From positions 285,634,001 to 285,698,000 of the forward strand of contig OZ024741.1 of assembly GCA_964016885.1 (NCBI GenBank): a stretch of DNA of 64,000 bases. The letters are read 5' to 3'. This document shows, piece by piece, positions 59,581 through 64,000 of this stretch (the first letter of the stretch is position 1; every line of letters begins with the position of its first letter). The notes under the pieces were generated by a model that was given only the letters and a program-made list of their open reading frames with translations, was not told the DNA's origin and did not search any database. The translations under genes and the position numbers were made by a program. This DNA comes from Eledone cirrhosa. Its lineage: Eukaryota.

Positions 59581-59971
59581 TCTTTTGTTGGTCTGTCAGG
59601 TGTTCACCATCAGACACTGCCCAACGGATAGCATAATAATCAAAACATGACAGCAGATAAAATTCTATCGCTCCGGGTGACATGCTAGAGGTTTCTGCTG
59701 TTTTTAAAGAAACTTGAATCATTCAAAGGAGAAACGATGTGACGTTGATACTTTGCCAATGGGATTTAGCAGCATGTCATTACACGGAAACTTGAAAAAT
59801 CTGGACATGTATCCCATCTACTAAATTCGTACGACACAGGAATATAGATGTGTGATTATAAATTTGTTCTTACATCTATTATCCTGATTAGTATTGTCTA
59901 ATCACTTTTTCTATTTTGAAGGGCTCATAATCAGTGAGAGGAAATAATTTTATCATCTTGAAACTGAAATA

Positions 59972-60140
59972 TGGTGTTCGATTGGCGGAATTGTTAAAAG
60001 TGTCAGACAAAATGCAGAATGTTGTTCTGGCTCTTTATATTCTACGTTCAAATCTCCTTCAGTTGAAGTTTGCTTCACCTCTTTTTCAGTTCGATGAGGT
60101 TGATTTAATTGACTTTCCGTGTGCCCTCACCTCCCCAAAT
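59972..60140 (+). mobile_element. Highly diverged SINE family A
   Basis: attggcggaattgtta..gttcaaatc..tcgat. Confidence 0.5.
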
Positions 60141-61185
60141 TGCTGACCTTATATTTAAGCTGAGCGTCATGTAATTTAACCAGTTTACAAATGCTATAAC
60201 TTTCTTGATTGTCCTACAGACATGGCGTGATTATGGGTAAGGTCCGATACGATCCCTTGGGATATAATTCATTTTGCTAATGCGAGTCATATATTTTAGT
60301 TACAACAAAATTACAGGGACATAATATTAAAACAAATTAAATTAAATTGAAAAAAACACCCAATAAATTAAAATATTTGTTTCGTACTTTTGTTATTCAA
60401 ATTGTGCGTTATTTCAAAGTCAACGTAAGGAGCACTGCAATTTAATGTTTAAAGTGTGTAATTAAGATGTTTTAACGCAAGTAAATATTTTCCTTCCCAC
60501 GTCAACAGAAATTCATTAAAAAGAAAATTATGCATCTTTATAGTAAAACGTGTATATTGCAAGACTGATAATCACCGGAAATTGAGAATGTCTATGACCT
60601 AATTGTGTGTTGACTTGTATTTGCTTTCTGTAAACTGAATATTTATTTAATTAAGAAGCTGTTGTTTGTTGAACTTTCACCACACTGACGGGTTGTTTCA
60701 AATGAAAATATTCTAGTATTGATTTTCACATGAAAATTTATATTGCCAGGTCAATTTACTGAAAATTAAAAAAATATTTTGAAATAAATTTCATAAAAGA
60801 AATCCTGTTAAGAGAAAAGTATAAAACTTCGCGTGAATACGAGGATAAAGTTATTTATTATCTTTTCTATTCTTTTCTATTTTGTGCTTTTAGCTATAAT
60901 ACTAAAATAAAGAGAGAGATTTTAACGAAGATGACAGAAATCTCCCAGCTTTCTATGAATACAACGTGATTTTGACTAACAGTTAAAACTATCCCCATTC
61001 ACGTACAACGGTAATTTATTGAATAGTGCTCGTTCAATATTTAAGCCAGTCAATCCAATACATATGATCCACTAACTACCGCTAGAAATGTCAAGGAAAC
61101 GAGGTGTCGGAATAAGAATACAATAATCACTCTAACATACATCTGCATAGTAAATAAAGGAATGTATAAAACTAAACAGATTGTA

Positions 61186-61239
<54 letters not shown>

Positions 61240-61281
61240 CGATATTAAATAAATGGAAACTATATTTATAAAACCATATTT

Positions 61282-61344
61282 ATTTCATTATACATATTTC
61301 AGGGATACTAAATTGAAATATGGTATGCCTTCATCAGACAAAAT
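61282..61344 (-). ncRNA. Type I hammerhead ribozyme (left palindrome arm)
   Basis: Near reverse complement of 61493-61555 with the core intact. Confidence 0.8.
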
Positions 61345-61492
61345 ACAATATATAACCAGTTTTATAAATAATTTTGACGTACCCTATTAGATGCAACCAT
61401 TATTTTTGGAAGCTGTCTGGATAGCTTCCAAAAATAATGGTTGCATCTAATAGGGTACGTCAAAATTATTCATAAAACTGTTTATATATTGT

Positions 61493-61555
61493 ATTTTGTC
61501 TGATGAAGGTATACCATATTTTAATTTGGTATCCCTGAAATATGTATAATGAAAT
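61493..61555 (+). ncRNA. Type I hammerhead ribozyme
   Basis: attttgt-CTGATGA-aggtatacca...tggtatccct-GAAA-tatgta-TA^atgaaat. Confidence 0.82.
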
Positions 61556-61684
61556 AAATATGGTTTTATAAATATAGTTTCCATTTATTCAATATCGTAT
61601 ATCTACTCCAAAAACTTGTCGAGTGCTTTATATCAGTTATAAAATATTTACTTGTTGTATCCCAACAATTTTAAATAGAACTTT

Positions 61685-61717
<33 letters not shown>

Positions 61718-61758
61718 GATATTAAACAAATGGAAACTATATTTATAAAACCATATTT

Positions 61759-61822
61759 ATTTCATTATACATATTTCAGGGATACCATATTAAAAATATG
61801 GCATGCCTTCTTCAGATAAAAT
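61759..61822 (-). ncRNA. Type I hammerhead ribozyme (inverted pLTR)
   Basis: Reverse complement of 62073-62136. Confidence 0.82.
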
Positions 61823-62072
61823 ACAATATATAAGCAGTTTTATAAATAAATTTGACGTACCATAGAATTTTGAACAACTTCCATTTAAAAAAGTTGGTTT
61901 GGTAGTGAGATGTTTGTAAATATTTAGTGTTAAGTACAGTTAGAAAAGAAAGACGGAGAGAAGGAGTAAATGTATGTAAAGAAAAACAGAGAGAGATAGA
62001 GAGAGATATGGGAGAGAGAAAAATAGTGAGGAGGTGACGTCAAATTTATTTATAAAACTGCTTATATATTGT

Positions 62073-62136
62073 ATTTTATCTGAAGAAGGCATGCCATATT
62101 TTTAATATGGTATCCCTGAAATATGTATAATGAAAT
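62073..62136 (+). ncRNA. Type I hammerhead ribozyme in the 5' pLTR
   Basis: attttat-CTGAAGA-agg.atgccatatt/aatatggtat.cct-GAAA-tatgta-TA^atgaaat; complete core and 7-bp stem I. Confidence 0.85.
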
Positions 62137-62317
62137 AAATATGGTTTTATAAATATAGTTTCCATTTGTTTAATATCGTATATCTACTCCAAAACTTGTT
62201 GAGTGCTTTATATCAGTTATAAAATATTTACTCGTTGTAACCCAACAATTTTAAATAAAACTTTTGCATATATTTTGCTCCAATACTGTTGAGCGCTTTA
62301 TATTATAACTGAAAAAA

Positions 62318-64000
62318 ATGGAATTCTTTAAGATATCTTCTTCTCTAAAAGACATACCTCTACCTAAGAACAAAGACTTTATTAAACAATTAATAGAAAA
62401 ATCAGACTCTTTTATAAGAAGAATCAGGTGGCGTGCCTTCCACTTTGATAAATCTAATCTAAATGAAAATGTCTCAGACTTAGATAAAGTTTTCAAATCT
62501 AAAAAAAATCCACCCCCCAACAAACTTTTAATGGATTTTGAAAACGATATAATTTCTATCATACAAGGAGTCAAATTTAAGAGAAACTTCAAAGGCCAGG
62601 AATATCTAAAAAGCATTAAGGATAATATTGAAAACTTAGAGAGAACAGAGAAGATCTTGGTGAAATCGGACAAAACCAACAACCTCTATGGAGTGCAAAA
62701 AGACATGTATAATGGCCTTATACTGAAAGAACTAAGGAAAAAGTACAAAGTAGCAGATAAGGACGAACTGGAGAAAATGAATGCTGAGGCATCTTGTATA
62801 ATGCATGAGTTGGAAATTGAGAACAAAACACAACCCTTCTTGCCTAGGAAACCCAAGATCAATATGAAATATCACAAAAGAAATTTTGAAAATGATTTGC
62901 CAGTCAGATTAATTGCACCATCAAAATCTGACCTGGGTAAACTTAGCAAAAACATTCTAGACAGGGTGATACAGCAGGTTAAAAACTTACATGGTTTACC
63001 TAACTTAAACTTGTGGAAGGGAACTGGTGAGGTTATTGAGTGGTTTAAAGAAATTAAATATAACAAAAATAATAAATTTATTCAACTAGATATTGCTAAC
63101 TACTATTCATCTATTACCCCTAATCTACTAAATAAGGCACTAAATTACGCATTCAAACATACAGACCTAACTAGCAATGAAATGCACATTATATTATCGG
63201 CAAGGAAAACATTGATAGAATTTAATAACCAACTATAGACTAGGGCAGATAGAGATAATAATTTCGACATTACTATGGGATCATCTGACTCAGCTCAGGT
63301 AACGGACCTTGTGGGCCTATTTATAATTAATTCGCTACATAGAAAAATACCTGGTGTAACCGGAGGATTATATCGTGATGACATGCTTTTACTTATTGAA
63401 AATAATAACTCTGAACTAAATAGGAAAAGAAAACAAATTATACAATTTTTTAATTACCATAATCTAAAAATAGAAATAGAGAATAACCATAGAATAGTCA
63501 ATTTCCTAGATGTAACACTAAATCTCAACACATGTCTTCACTGTCCTTTTCACAAACTAAATGAAAACTTGAATTATGTCAGTTTTAACTCTAATCACCC
63601 CAGATCTGTTAAAAATACTATAGATATATACGTATCTCAAGAATTTCATCTAATAAAAATATTTTCGACGAAAAAGCGCAGTATTACAATGAAGCGTTAG
63701 CTAGAGCAGGATATAGTGATAAAATTATGTACATCGATAATAATAGGCAAACTAACCAATATAACAACAATTTTAATTACGGTAACAACTTTAACAACTA
63801 TAATAGAAAACATTACAATAATTCCAAAAGCCAGAAAAGAAATAGAACTAGAAATATAATATGGTTTGCACCCCCTTTCTCACTAAAGATTAAAACCCAC
63901 ATTGCTAAACTATTTTTTAATGCTCTTGACAAACGCTTCCCTAGAACACATAAATATCACTCAATTTTTAATAGACATACTATAAAATTAACTTACTCGT
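62318..64000 (+). pseudogene. Decayed PLE reverse transcriptase ORF (runs off the window end)
   Basis: KSDKTNNLY, PVRLI, FIQLDIANYYSSI, FDITMGSSDSAQVTDLVGL, GLYRDD, VNFLDVTLNL, SNHP, IIWFAPPFS. Premature TAG at 63236-63238 and a frameshift near 63620. Confidence 0.9.

Larger units (their letters stand above)
61235..62317. repeat. Clustered pLTR copies of the 62.3-kb PLE: palindrome 61235-61602 and inverted pair ~61711-61858 / ~62036-62184
   Basis: The same unit (..gacgtcaaa..ttataaaactg..ctgaNgaagg..gaaatatgtataatgaaataaatatgg..) occurs four times in alternating orientation. Confidence 0.9.

Overview
This is AT-rich, gene-empty, repeat-saturated eukaryotic DNA. The SINE types and huge (TA)n/(CA)n tracts suggest an octopus or other cephalopod, which is an inference. 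I found no host protein-coding gene, and most ORFs in the track are microsatellite translations. The window holds nested retroelements. One is a near-intact Penelope-like element (PLE; 758-aa RT + GIY-YIG ORF, 43812-46088, minus strand) with an upstream ORF and a 2.3-kb inverted copy of its 3' half. There are also at least seven decayed PLEs, CR1-, RTE- and R4/Dong-like LINE remnants, two tRNA-derived SINE families and a four-copy RTE-related non-autonomous element. Reading the PLE terminal repeats by eye gives a dozen or more hammerhead ribozyme (HHR) motifs, including a U3-A8 core variant and long stem-II variants. Four leads stand out. (1) Two covarying copies (2783-2853, 29562-29631) of an RNA contain all three hammerhead core strands in reversed, non-canonical order. 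(2) A U_UUU_UUA -1 frameshift site could fuse ORF1 to the RT-EN ORF of the intact PLE. (3) A candidate HDV-like ribozyme lies at the 5' end of the RTE-related element. (4) Fold-back palindromes recur with their apices on pre-existing pLTR/HHR hairpins. All RNA structures were paired by hand and need computational and biochemical confirmation.
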